From: Myxococcota bacterium | Lineage (GTDB): Bacteria; Myxococcota_A; UBA9042; PHBI01; JAWLBL01 | Length of the DNA: 64,000 nt | Reading direction: 5' to 3' | Assembly: GCA_041687695.1 (NCBI GenBank) | Contig: JAWLBL010000006.1 | Location: forward strand, 1 to 64,000 | Shown: in pieces, positions 41,084 through 53,328 of the stretch | Layout of the letters: each line of letters opens with the position of its first letter | How positions within the stretch are numbered: position 1 is the stretch's first letter | The notes under the pieces: model-generated | Told to the model about the DNA's origin: nothing | The model's database searches: none | The model's input: the letters and a program-made list of their open reading frames with translations, nothing else | Made by a program: the position numbers and the translations under genes

Positions 41084-42694
41084 TCAACCCTGCTCGCCGG
41101 GGAACGCCGAAGGTCCGAGCCGGAGCGCGACCTCGAGCAGGGCGTTGGCGCCGCGCAGGCCGAGCTTGGTGCAGATGCGCTGGCGGTGGTTCTGCACGGT
41201 GCGCGTGCTGACGAACAGGGCGCGCGCGATCTCGCGGCTGGTCAGGTTGCGCGACAGGTGCAGCAGGACGGTGCGCTCGGCGGGCGTGAGGGTCTCGAGG
41301 GCCGCGCGGAGCGGCTCGGGCTCGGCGCCCGGGGCGGGGGGCTCGGCCGGAGCGGCGGCGGGGGCCTCGGCGGAACGCGGGGGATCGTCGGGCTCGCCTT
41401 CGAGGCGGCCCTCGAGCTGGGGCGGCAGCTCGACCGTGTCGCCGGGGCTCGCGGCCAGGCAGGCCCACAGGAGCTGCTCGAGGGCGCGCACCTCGAGGCG
41501 GTCGGCCGCCTCGAGCAGGGTCTCGACGAGGCCGGCGTCGACCCGCGGGCCCTGGCCTGGGGCCAAAAAGCGCGCGGCCAGGGACGCGTCGCCGTCGAGG
41601 GCGCGCTGCAGCAGGTGGCGCACGAGCAGCGGGACGTCCTCGCGCCGCTGGGCGAGCGGCGGGACCCGCAGGACGTGGCGGAAGCGTTGCAGCAGCTCGG
41701 GGCGCAGGGCCTCGGGCGAGGCGGCGGTCGCGAGGACCCGCAGGTCGGCGCGGCGGGTGCGCGGGTCGCCGAGGCGTTGGTAGTCGCCATCGAGCAGGCG
41801 GAGCAGGGTCGCCTGGCCGGCCTCGTCGAGGGCGTCGACGCCGTCGAGGAAGAGCGCGCCGCCGCTGGCCTGGCCGACCAGGCCCGGGCGCTCGGGGGCG
41901 CCGGGGTCGGGGAAGCCGGCCGCGTGTCCGAACAGCTCGGCCTCGAGGTGTGCGGCGGGCAGGGTCGCCGCGTTGCGGATGACCAGCGGTCGCGACGCTT
42001 GGGGCCCTTGGCGGTGCACCGCGCGGACGGTCAGCTCCTTGCCCGAGCCGGCGGGTCCGACGACGAGGACGTGTCCGTCGCGCGGGGCGGCGAAGGCGAT
42101 GGCGTCGCGCAGGGTCCACGCGGCGGGGCTCTCGCCGACGAGCCCGTCGGCGTCGGGCGCGCCGAAGGGCGTGGCGTCGGGCGCGAGGACGCTGCGGGCG
42201 GCGGGCCACGGTGAGGGGCGGGCGCACGCCAGCAGCAGGAGCTGGCCCTCGAGCTCGACCAGATCGCCGGGGCCGATCGTGCCCTGGGCGGTGACGCGGC
42301 CGCCCACCCGCAGGGGCAGCCGCCCCAGGTTCTCGACGGTGGCGCGCTCGCGCTCGAGGCGGCACAGGCGCAGCTGGCGGCGCGACAGGTGCCGCGAGGC
42401 GAGCGGCGCGCACAGGCGCTGGGCGCCCGGGCGCTGCTGGACGAGGGGCAGGCGGACCTCGCCGGGCTCGACCGGGCCGTCGCCGCGCCCGAAGAGCCCC
42501 GCGGGCCCCCCCGGTGGGCTCAGGCGGAGCACCTGGCCCGCGCGGCCGAGGCCGTCCGCGTCCCAGGCGACCACCAGGACCAGCTCGGTCTCGGGCGCGG
42601 CGGCGCGGAGGCCAGCCGGGCGCACCTCTTCGGTCGTGAGATCGGCCGCGGACGGTTGGGGTTCGGTCTTGGGTTCGTTCGTCGGTTCGGTCAT
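41084..42694 (-). CDS. FHA-like plus sigma54-activator-type AAA+ plus LuxR-type HTH regulator
   Basis: FGRG...HLSRRQ, Walker A GPAGSGKE, ELFGH, LFLDGV, VPPLAQRREDV, LTPAERTVL...IARALFVSTRTVQNH. Confidence 0.82.
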   Translation of the reverse strand: MTEPTNEPKTEPQPSAADLTTEEVRPAGLRAAAPETELVLVVAWDADGLGRAGQVLRLSPPGGPAGLFGRGDGPVEPGEVRLPLVQQRPGAQRLCAPLASRHLSRRQLRLCRLERERATVENLGRLPLRVGGRVTAQGTIGPGDLVELEGQLLLLACARPSPWPAARSVLAPDATPFGAPDADGLVGESPAAWTLRDAIAFAAPRDGHVLVVGPAGSGKELTVRAVHRQGPQASRPLVIRNAATLPAAHLEAELFGHAAGFPDPGAPERPGLVGQASGGALFLDGVDALDEAGQATLLRLLDGDYQRLGDPRTRRADLRVLATAASPEALRPELLQRFRHVLRVPPLAQRREDVPLLVRHLLQRALDGDASLAARFLAPGQGPRVDAGLVETLLEAADRLEVRALEQLLWACLAASPGDTVELPPQLEGRLEGEPDDPPRSAEAPAAAPAEPPAPGAEPEPLRAALETLTPAERTVLLHLSRNLTSREIARALFVSTRTVQNHRQRICTKLGLRGANALLEVALRLGPSAFPGEQG

Positions 42695-45600
42695 CGGTGG
42701 CGGCCGGCGAGCACCCAGAGATCGGTGCGCCAGAGCCGTGCATACCCCAGGGCCGCGATCTCGGTCCAGGCCGCACGGGCCGCGTCGCTGCGGCCGGCGC
42801 GCGCCCCGAGGCGGGTCAGCGTATCGGCGCGCAGGGCCATGAGGTCGGTGCGGTAGATGAGCATCGTCTCGCTGCGGGGCCACTCGGGCGGCGGGACGGC
42901 CGCGTCGAGGGCGGGCAGGGCGTCGGGGGCGCGGCTGTCGGGGAAGGCGAGCAGGCGGGCGCGGGCGGCCAACGCTCGGGCGAGCTGGTGGTAGGCGTCG
43001 CGCTCGAGGCGCGAGACGCCGAGGTCCATGGAGGCGCCCTCGGCCGCGCCGGCCGCGAGGAGCAGGCGATCGGGGCGGGTCTCGGCCAGGGCGTAGACGA
43101 GCAGGAGCTCGAGGCGGACGTCGGCCGGGGTGTCCGCGGCCTCGAGCTGGACCCTCAGGGCGTCGGCGACCTCGTCGGGGGAGCGGCCGGCGGCGAGCTC
43201 GAGGCGTGGGCGGAAGAAGGTGGCCTGCCGGCGGCCCGAGGGGCGCCGATCGGCCCAGCGGTCCAGGGTCTGCCGGGCAGCGTCCCACTGCTGGCGACAC
43301 GTCAGGGCCTGGACGGCCAGGCTGTAGGTCCAGTCGAGGTAGGTGCCGCGGCCGCGCTCCTCGATGGCGGTGACACGGGCGAGCGCCTCGACGGCGGCCT
43401 CGTCGCAGCGGCCGGCCAGGATGAGCGTCGACAGGCGCAGGTTCTCGGAGTAGGGCTGGCCCGGGGTGTGGGCGAGGTGGCGGTCGAAGGCGGCCAGGGC
43501 GTCGTCCCACCGGCCGGCGTACAGGGCGAGCTCGGCGGGCAGCTCGCCGTAGGAGGGCTCGTCCAGTGGGACACCCAGCTCGGCGAGCAGGGCGGGGGCC
43601 TGGTCGGCGCGGCCGCGGAACGCCAGGGCGCGGATGAGCCGGGAGGCGGCGCCCTCGTGGCGGGGCGCCAGCGCGAGGAGGCGTCGGGCGAGGGCCTCGG
43701 CTTCGGCGAGGTCGGCGATCTCGGGCTCGCCAAAGCGCACGGTGAGCAGCATCTCGAGGGCCTCGAGGTCGTGCGGCCAGAGGTCGAGCAGGTCGGTCAG
43801 GCCGGCGACGGCGTCGGTGGGGCGGCCTTCGCCGAGGGCGAGCCAGGCCTGGGCCATCGCGCGGTCGCGGGCGCCGAGCGAGGCCTCGTCCAGCAGGGCG
43901 CGAGCCTCGGCGGCGAGGGCGGCCCGGTCCTGGGTGACCCGCAGCAGCTCGAGCCGCTCGATCCGGGCGGTGACGAAGGCGGGGTCGAGGCGCAGGGCGC
44001 GCGCGAGGGCCTCGGTGGCGCGCGCCTGGTCGTCGGTGCGGCGGGCGCGTCGGGCGTCGAGCAGGGCGGCCCAGGCCTCGGGCGAGCGGGTGGGCGGCGC
44101 GGCGTCGGCGGGGAGGCGGGCGCCGAGCAGCGGCAGCAGATCCTGGGCGATGGTCCGGGCGAGGGCGGCCGGGGCGTCGCGTCGGCCAGGGTAACGACGG
44201 GTCAGCAAGGGGCGCCCGCGGGCCGGGTCGAAGACGTGGACCTCGGCCGTGACGGCGCCGTCCGCGTCGAGGTGGAGGACGCCCTCGACGAAGGCGTCGA
44301 CGTGGCCGAGCGCGCGGCCGGGGCGGGTCAGGGCGGCGGCGGCGGCGGCGGCCGTGCGGGGCCGATCCGGCGGAAGAGCGCCGTCGAGGACCGAGGCGGG
44401 GGACGCGACGAGGCGCATGGGATCGAGCGCCAGGAAGCCGCGCAGGGCGTCGGCGAGGACGGCGGCCGTGAGGTCCGCGTCGGAGCCGTCGCCGGAGGGC
44501 TCGAAGGCCAGGACGGCGACCACGGGGCGCGGAGGGAGCTGCTGGGCGAGCGTAGGAGGCGCGGGCGGGGAGGGCGCCTCGGCGAGGGCCCCGGGGCCCA
44601 GCGGCCTGGGGGGCGTAGGGCCGGGGGGGCCTGGAGCGAGCAAGCCGACCGAGGCGACCAGCGCGAGGGCGGCGGCGGCCGCGAGCGCCCAACCCCAGCG
44701 CCGGCCGCGCCGCGACCCGGCCGGGCGGCCCGTCCAGCCGCGACGCAGCTCGGAGTCCAGCGCCGAGGGCGGCGAGGCGGAGGTCGAGGGGGCCAGAGCG
44801 GGGGCGTCGTCGGCTTCGGGTAGGGGCTCGACGGCCGCGGCCAGGGCGTCGCCGTCGAGCCAGCGGTCCTGGGGGTGCGGCGCGAGGCAACGCTCGACGA
44901 CGGCGACCCAGGGCGAGGGCAGTCCCGGGGCGGCTTCGTCCAGCGGGCGGCGCAGGCCGGCCGAGATGGCGGCGACGGTGCCGGCCGTGGTCTCGCGCGC
45001 GAAGGGGTGGACGCCCGTCAGCAGGCGATAGGCCAGGACGCCGACGGCGAAGACGTCGGCGGGGGGCCCGACCGGCTCGCCGCGGACCTGCTCCGGGGCC
45101 ATCCAGGCGGGGGTCCCGACGACCGCGCCGTCCGCGGTGACCCGCTCCTCGTCGGCGTCGGCGCGCCGGGCGAGGCCGAAGTCGACGACCCGGGCGCGGC
45201 CCGCGGCCTCGAGCAGCACGTTCGACGGCTTGACGTCCCGGTGGGTCAGTCCGGCGGCGTGGGCGGCGCCCAGCGCGCGCGCGACGTCCAGCAGGACGCG
45301 CTTGGCGTCGCGCGTGGTCCAGGGCGCCTCGAGGGCGTCCTCGAGCGAGGTCCCCTCGACCAGCTCCATGGCCATGAAGAGGCTGCCGTCCGCGTCCTCG
45401 CCCATGTCGTGCACCCGCACGACGCCCGGGTGGTCCAGCGCCGCCAGCGCACGCGCCTCTCGCCAAAAGCGCGCCCGCACCTCGGCGACCCCACGCCGCG
45501 GCGCGGCGATGCGCTTGACGGCCACCCGCCGCTCGAGCCGCTCGTCCCAGGCGGCCCACACCTCGCCCATGCCGCCGCGTCCCAGCAGGCGCTCGAGGCG

Positions 45601-45720
45601 ATAGTGGCCGAGTCGCTCCGGCGCTCCCGTCGGGCCGCCGGCCGCACGCCGGGCCCGGGTCGGGCTCTCGAGCGTCTCGCCGTCGGCGAGGTCCGCTATC
45701 GGGCGCTCCTCGTCGGTCAT
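42691..45720 (-). CDS. Membrane Ser/Thr protein kinase with TPR-like extracytoplasmic region
   Basis: LGRGGMGEV, VAVK, HRDVKPSN, DFG, GTPAWMAPE, DVF; TM segment WALAAAAALALV. Confidence 0.92.
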   Translation of the reverse strand: MTDEERPIADLADGETLESPTRARRAAGGPTGAPERLGHYRLERLLGRGGMGEVWAAWDERLERRVAVKRIAAPRRGVAEVRARFWREARALAALDHPGVVRVHDMGEDADGSLFMAMELVEGTSLEDALEAPWTTRDAKRVLLDVARALGAAHAAGLTHRDVKPSNVLLEAAGRARVVDFGLARRADADEERVTADGAVVGTPAWMAPEQVRGEPVGPPADVFAVGVLAYRLLTGVHPFARETTAGTVAAISAGLRRPLDEAAPGLPSPWVAVVERCLAPHPQDRWLDGDALAAAVEPLPEADDAPALAPSTSASPPSALDSELRRGWTGRPAGSRRGRRWGWALAAAAALALVASVGLLAPGPPGPTPPRPLGPGALAEAPSPPAPPTLAQQLPPRPVVAVLAFEPSGDGSDADLTAAVLADALRGFLALDPMRLVASPASVLDGALPPDRPRTAAAAAAALTRPGRALGHVDAFVEGVLHLDADGAVTAEVHVFDPARGRPLLTRRYPGRRDAPAALARTIAQDLLPLLGARLPADAAPPTRSPEAWAALLDARRARRTDDQARATEALARALRLDPAFVTARIERLELLRVTQDRAALAAEARALLDEASLGARDRAMAQAWLALGEGRPTDAVAGLTDLLDLWPHDLEALEMLLTVRFGEPEIADLAEAEALARRLLALAPRHEGAASRLIRALAFRGRADQAPALLAELGVPLDEPSYGELPAELALYAGRWDDALAAFDRHLAHTPGQPYSENLRLSTLILAGRCDEAAVEALARVTAIEERGRGTYLDWTYSLAVQALTCRQQWDAARQTLDRWADRRPSGRRQATFFRPRLELAAGRSPDEVADALRVQLEAADTPADVRLELLLVYALAETRPDRLLLAAGAAEGASMDLGVSRLERDAYHQLARALAARARLLAFPDSRAPDALPALDAAVPPPEWPRSETMLIYRTDLMALRADTLTRLGARAGRSDAARAAWTEIAALGYARLWRTDLWVLAGRHR

Positions 45721-45866
45721 TCGCCTTGGTGTCCCCCGCCCGTGGTTCGCTTGACGCCCCGGTCGTCGCCGGTCGCGGTGCGTGGACGCCGACCCCGCGC
45801 GGAAGTTCCCGACGCCCCACCGGCGCGGCGCAGGATACGCAACGGGCGCGCCGTCTGGCAAACCGC

Positions 45867-45962
45867 GTGGCCGAGGCGGAGGCCGTGACGGTGGCCGTGG
45901 AGGTGGCGTTGGCGGAGGCGTTGGCGATGGCCGTGGCCGAGGCCGTGACGGTGGCCGGGGGC
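45867..45962. repeat. Degenerate intergenic hexamer repeat (GTGGCC)n, about 16 units
   Basis: Directly visible; same unit as 28407-28470 on the opposite strand. Confidence 0.8.
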
Positions 45963-46000
45963 GTCAGCGGTGCCTAAGGCATTGATCCTGGAGGTCTTTC

Positions 46001-46822
46001 ATGCCCGAGACATCGATGAGTGGGGCGCGGGTCGCGTGGGCGTCGCAGGGACGCGGCGAGCCGGGCCTGCTGCTGTTGCCCGGGTGGTGCGAGACGCGGG
46101 CGGTGTTCGAGCCGCTGGTCCGGCGTCTGGCGCGGGCGAGGCGGGTCGTGACCCTGGACTGGCGGGGCCACGGCGAGTCGGGGACGACCGCCGGCGACTA
46201 CGGCACCGGGGATCTGGTGGCCGACGCCCTGGCCGTCATCGAGGCGGCGCGGCTGCGTGCGGTCGTCCCCGTCGCGTCGGCCCACGCGGGCTGGGTCGCC
46301 ATCGCGTTGCGGCGCCGGATGGGCGCCCGGGTCCCGGCGTTGGTCGCGCTGGACTGGCTGATGCTCGAGCCGCCGCCCGCCTTCCGCGCCAGCCTTGCGG
46401 CCTTGCAGGATCCCATGCGCTGGGAGGACGCGCGCGCGCACGCCTTCGAGCAGTGGAAGGGCGTGGTCCGCCACCCGCGCGTCGAGGCCCACGTCGAACG
46501 GGACATGGCGCGCTTCGGCTTTCGAACCTGGGCGCGCGCCTCGCGCGCGGTGGCCGCGAGCTACGCGCGCGCCCGCAGCCCGCTGGACGAGCTGGCCGAG
46601 CTGCCGAAGCGGCCCCAGACGCTGCATCTGTACACGCAGCCGCGCGACGCGGGGTTCCTGGCGACCCAGGAGCGCTTCGCGGCCGAGCACCCGTGGTTCC
46701 ACGTCCACCGACTCGACGGCGGCACCCACTTCTCGAGCCTCGAGTCGCCCCGCGAGGTCGCGCGCGCCATCGAGCGGTTCGTGGCGCAGCGCGAGCGCGA
46801 GGCGACCCGAAGCTGGGTCTGA
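46001..46822 (+). CDS. Alpha/beta-hydrolase-fold cofactor-independent 2,4-dioxygenase (Hod/Qdo/AqdC-like)
   Basis: LLLLPGWC, WRGHG, AHAGWV, DWLM, L.DP.RW, QP, HPWF...GGTHF, collinear with Hod as I recall it. Confidence 0.82.
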   Translation: MPETSMSGARVAWASQGRGEPGLLLLPGWCETRAVFEPLVRRLARARRVVTLDWRGHGESGTTAGDYGTGDLVADALAVIEAARLRAVVPVASAHAGWVAIALRRRMGARVPALVALDWLMLEPPPAFRASLAALQDPMRWEDARAHAFEQWKGVVRHPRVEAHVERDMARFGFRTWARASRAVAASYARARSPLDELAELPKRPQTLHLYTQPRDAGFLATQERFAAEHPWFHVHRLDGGTHFSSLESPREVARAIERFVAQREREATRSWV

Positions 46823-46826
46823 CCGG

Positions 46827-47756
46827 TCAGGGGTTCGAAGGCGGCTGCTGGCCCGGGGGCTGCTGGCCGGGCTGCTCGGCCCCGGGCTGCTGCTGGCCGG
46901 GCCGCTGCTGACCCTCTCCGCCCTCGGCCTGGTTCAGCTCGGCGCACGCGATGGGGATCATCTCGTGCGCGGGCGTGCCGCCCTCGGCCTGCACCGTCTC
47001 GGGCAGCTGAGCGTCCTTGGCCACGCCGTGGATCATGACCACGCGCTTGTCGAGCATCATGTCCGAGACCTGCCGCTGCGACTGCAGGGCGCTGGCCAGC
47101 TCGCTCTTCTGCACGACCTTGTTGTAGGTCAGGGCCTGCTCGTCGTTCTCGGCGAAGCTGGGCTCGCCGTCCATCTTGGTCGGGTCGTCGCTCAGCGGGA
47201 TCATGGGCTCTCCGACCGCGGCCTTGGCCTCGGTGGCGTCGATGATCCCGTCGCCGTTGGCGTCGTCCTGCATCGTCGGGCAGCGCGCGTCCTTGCCGTC
47301 CTTGAAGCCGTGGACGTGGATCGGGTGCGTCACGCCGGTCGGCACGTTCTGGGCGTCGATGGCCATCGTGACGCGCTCCTCGCGCACCGTGAACGTGGCG
47401 GAGCCGGCGATCTGGGCGTTGGTGACGCGCTGGTTGATCGGCTGCAGCTGACCCGCGAAGACCTGCGCGTCCATGCGCTGCTGCCCTTCCTGCATGCCGG
47501 GCTGCTGCTGGCCCGGCTGGGCCGCGGGCTGCTGGCCTTCCTGCATGCCGGGCTGCGTGCCGGGCTGCTGGCCCTCCTGCATGCCGGGCCGCTGGCCCTC
47601 GGGCGCGGCCTCGCCCGGCTGCTCGGCGCGCTCGGCTTCACCGGTCGGCTGGGCCGGCGGCTGCTCCTGGGCCCCCTGGCGGCACCCGGGCAGCGCCGCG
47701 AGCGCGAGGGAGGCGAGGACGATGGACGTACGGAAGCCAGGCCACTGAGTCTGCAT
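46827..47756 (-). CDS. Lipoprotein with Gln/Pro repeats and a His-containing domain (SOD-like/CHRD-like)
   Basis: Lipobox LPGC; PGMQEGQQ x3; HPIHVHG, DANGDGIID, VMIHG, PIAC; RBS AGGAG. Confidence 0.72.
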   Translation of the reverse strand: MQTQWPGFRTSIVLASLALAALPGCRQGAQEQPPAQPTGEAERAEQPGEAAPEGQRPGMQEGQQPGTQPGMQEGQQPAAQPGQQQPGMQEGQQRMDAQVFAGQLQPINQRVTNAQIAGSATFTVREERVTMAIDAQNVPTGVTHPIHVHGFKDGKDARCPTMQDDANGDGIIDATEAKAAVGEPMIPLSDDPTKMDGEPSFAENDEQALTYNKVVQKSELASALQSQRQVSDMMLDKRVVMIHGVAKDAQLPETVQAEGGTPAHEMIPIACAELNQAEGGEGQQRPGQQQPGAEQPGQQPPGQQPPSNP

Positions 47757-47834
47757 GGCGGACACTCCTGTGACGGGTTGTCGGGTGTGCGCGCATGCTA
47801 GCCAGTGCTTCGCCCCGGGCCGAGCCTCCGGTTG

Positions 47835-48821
47835 TTAACGGGGCCTCAGTCCGGTCCGCGCCGCGTGGGCGCGCGCCAGCAGGGCCGCGACGAGCTGCTC
47901 GAAGCTCATCCCGGCGGCGCCGGCCGCCTTGGGGAACAGGCTCTCGCGCGTCAGCCCCGGCAGGGTGTTCGTCTCGAGCAGGTGCGGCTGCCCCGACGCG
48001 TCGACGATGACGTCCGTGCGGCTGTAGCCGCGGCACGACAGGGCCGCGTGCGCGGCGAGGCCCAGGGCCTGCAGGCGCTCGGTCAGCGGCTCGTCGATGG
48101 GCGCCGGACACAGCTCGTCGGTCGCGCCGGGCGTGTACTTGGCCGCGTAGTCGAAAAAACGCGCCGACCTGGGCCGGATCTCGATGACCGGCAGGGCGCG
48201 CGCCGCGCCGTCCGCGTCCTCGAGGACCGGGACGGTGAACTCACGCCCGGTCACGTACTGCTCGACGAGCAGCGCGTCGGTCTCGGCCAGCAGCGCGTCG
48301 CCCCGCTCGGCGAGCGCCTCGACCGACTCGACGACCTCGACCCCGACGCTCGACCCGCTCTGGCTGGTCTTGAGCACCAGCGGCAGTCCATGCCGATCGG
48401 CCATCGCCGCCCAGTCGGGGCGGTCCCCGCGCCGCAGCGTCACGTCCGCCGCGACCGGCAGCCCGGCGGCCCGGTACACGGCCTTGGTCCACGACTTGTG
48501 CATGCCCAGCGCGCTGGTGGCCACGCCGGAGCCCTGGTACGGGATGCCGAAGAGGTCCAGCGTCCCCTGCACGCGCCCGTCCTCGCCGTCGGCCCCATGC
48601 ATGGCGATGAAGGCCACGTCCGGCGCCCATCCGGCGATGGCGGTCAGCGCCTGCGCCACGGACCCCGATCCGCCCGGCCACCGCGCGCCGCCCTCCTTGC
48701 CCAGCACCACCTCGAACCGCGTGTGTCCCAGCCGCTCGAGCGCGGCCGCCACCGCCTTGCCCGTCTCGAGGGACACCTCGTGCTCGCCGCTCCGGCCGCC
48801 CATGATGAGTGCGATCTTCAT
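47835..48821 (-). CDS. ddl: D-alanine-D-alanine ligase
   Basis: GGRSGEHEVSL, HGADGEDG, SGSSVGV, FDYAAKY, ETNTLPGLT. Confidence 0.95.
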   Translation of the reverse strand: MKIALIMGGRSGEHEVSLETGKAVAAALERLGHTRFEVVLGKEGGARWPGGSGSVAQALTAIAGWAPDVAFIAMHGADGEDGRVQGTLDLFGIPYQGSGVATSALGMHKSWTKAVYRAAGLPVAADVTLRRGDRPDWAAMADRHGLPLVLKTSQSGSSVGVEVVESVEALAERGDALLAETDALLVEQYVTGREFTVPVLEDADGAARALPVIEIRPRSARFFDYAAKYTPGATDELCPAPIDEPLTERLQALGLAAHAALSCRGYSRTDVIVDASGQPHLLETNTLPGLTRESLFPKAAGAAGMSFEQLVAALLARAHAARTGLRPR

Positions 48822-48886
48822 GCGCCTTACATATCAGCGCCCGCGGCCGTGGTGTAGAAAGGGCCTCCAACGCCCCCGGAGTCCGC

Positions 48887-49300
48887 ATGGAGCCTCGCCC
48901 AGACGCCGCGGCCACCCGCCGCCGACGCCTCGCGCGCTTCGCCGTCCTCGCCTTCGTCGCGGTCGGCTTCTTCCTGGTCCGCGCGACCGCCCCGACCGAG
49001 GTCGACGTCAGCTTCGAACTGCCGCCCTCGTTCTCTGTCGGCGGCGCCAGCGTCCCTCGCGAGCGCTTCACCTCCGTCGAGATCACCGTCTTCGACGACG
49101 AGCAGCGCGTCGTGTCGACCGCCCGCCAGACCCTGCCCGACGGCCTGGAGAGCCCCCTGACGCCCCCCGTGTCCCTGCGCGTGCCGCGAGGCCGCTACGT
49201 CGCCCGCGTGACCCTGGCCGCCCCCGACGGCGCGCGCGTCACCCGCGGCGCCGCCTTCGAGGTCGCCGACGAGCCGTCGCTGCGGGTCGAGCTGCGCTGA
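48887..49300 (+). CDS. Hypothetical membrane-anchored beta-rich protein
   Basis: N-terminal TM segment, host-like codon usage, fills the gap between ddl and clp. Confidence 0.6.
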   Translation: MEPRPDAAATRRRRLARFAVLAFVAVGFFLVRATAPTEVDVSFELPPSFSVGGASVPRERFTSVEITVFDDEQRVVSTARQTLPDGLESPLTPPVSLRVPRGRYVARVTLAAPDGARVTRGAAFEVADEPSLRVELR

Positions 49301-49303
49301 AGG

Positions 49304-51808
<2,505 letters not shown>

Positions 51809-51929
51809 TCGACCCCTGGAATCACCGGCGCCCCGGACGAAGACGGCCCCTGGATAGCACAGCGTCTCACGCCCGGGCAACGCGGCAGGGCGCGCGGCTG
51901 GTGACGCGCGGCGGGGAGGCGTCGGCGGC

Positions 51930-52766
51930 TCAGGGATAGACGCTCAGGACGTTGTAGCCGCGCCAGCTGCGCCGCACGTCGACGCGCCCGTGCGGGGCGG
52001 CCAGCGCGCCGACCAGGGCCAGCTCCTCGCTGGTCAGCAGGCCGGCGGGGTCGTAGCCGGGCCGGCCAACGGCGCGCGACCGACGGCCGCTGGGACGGGG
52101 CTCGAGGCGGGCGCCGGCGCCGTGGCCGAGGACGGCGGCGTGGAAGCCGCGCCGGGCCATCGGCAGGCCCGAGGCGATGAGGCGCGCGAGGCCGCCGGGC
52201 AGCGGCGGGGCGTCCGGGAGGGCGACCACGAGGTCGAAGCGGTCCACCAGATCCTCTGGAGGCGGCAGCTGCGCGCGCGAGGCGAAGCGCACCGGCAGGG
52301 TGGCGGTCCGGAACGTCAGGCGGCTCGCCTCGGCGAGCGCCTCGTCGTCGGCGTCCGTGCCGACCACCTCGGCCGGGAGGCCGCGCTGCTGGAGCGCTCG
52401 CGCCAGGGCCAGCGTCCCCTGGCCGCGGCCGCAGGCGACCTGGAGGATGCGCGCCGGGCGCCGCTCGGTGCGCCCCGTCTCGCGGGCCAGCGGCGCCAGC
52501 CGTGACGCCAGCCGGTCCGCGGCGCGCGCCAGGGCCGCCGCCCCCGCCATCGGATCGAGCAGCCCGCCGGTCGACAGCGGGGCCGTGACGCGCGCCACGG
52601 CGTCGCGGACCCGCTCGGCCAGCTCCAGGGCCGCGCCGCGGTCGCGCCGCGCCCGGGCGACGAGGGCGTTGGCCAGCGCCTCCAGCTGGTCGAGTGTGGT
52701 CCAACGCCCCGAGCCTCTGGCCGCCTCCGTCGTCCCGCCGCCGCTCCGATTCAGCCGCTCCATCAT
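51930..52766 (-). CDS. Divergent class I SAM methyltransferase-like protein
   Basis: RILQVACGRG (motif I with Q in place of D), VVGTD, FDLVV. Confidence 0.55.
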   Translation of the reverse strand: MMERLNRSGGGTTEAARGSGRWTTLDQLEALANALVARARRDRGAALELAERVRDAVARVTAPLSTGGLLDPMAGAAALARAADRLASRLAPLARETGRTERRPARILQVACGRGQGTLALARALQQRGLPAEVVGTDADDEALAEASRLTFRTATLPVRFASRAQLPPPEDLVDRFDLVVALPDAPPLPGGLARLIASGLPMARRGFHAAVLGHGAGARLEPRPSGRRSRAVGRPGYDPAGLLTSEELALVGALAAPHGRVDVRRSWRGYNVLSVYP

Positions 52767-53328
52767 CCACGCCTCCGCGCGCACGACGCGCGCACGAACG
52801 CCGCGGCACCCAACCCGTTGGCCGGCCGCCGTCGGCGACGATGACTCCCGATGTTCCCGGTGCGACCAGAGACCCCCGTTCGGGGGATGGCGTCAACGAT
52901 CTGGCTGGAATACATCTGCGGGGGCGCCTGTGGCCGGGTGGGGCCGGGGCCGGTCAGGGGCCGCGCGTTCCGGCTGTGGAGATCGTAGTGAGATGACCCT
53001 GCAGCGCAGTGCATGGAGCGGTCGTCGGCGTGTTTGCGCGTGACTCCGACAAGAAAAGTGGACATCTCGCATTGGCGAGGCCGATGCGTCCGGGTTACGC
53101 TGTCGGTTGGGGAGACCTCGCCGACCTCGCGCGGGGCCTTGGGGACGTGATGAAGAGCCACGCCAGACCGGGGGGGCCGGGCAGGGTGGTTCGGTCCGCC
53201 CCGCGAGCCCGCTTGCCACGCACAAAGCACCAGGACTACCGATTCACCGGCGTCCCGCCGTCTGGCGGAGGCGTCGCCTGCCACGCCCGCCGCCGCCGCG
53301 GGCGCGCGGCCCCCGAAGGTGTTCGCCC

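Noticed and set aside
41084..45820. 1578-aa kinase-regulator fusion or frameshift
   Set aside because: The kinase is in a different frame with its own stop, and the regulator starts at an ATGA overlap (42694).
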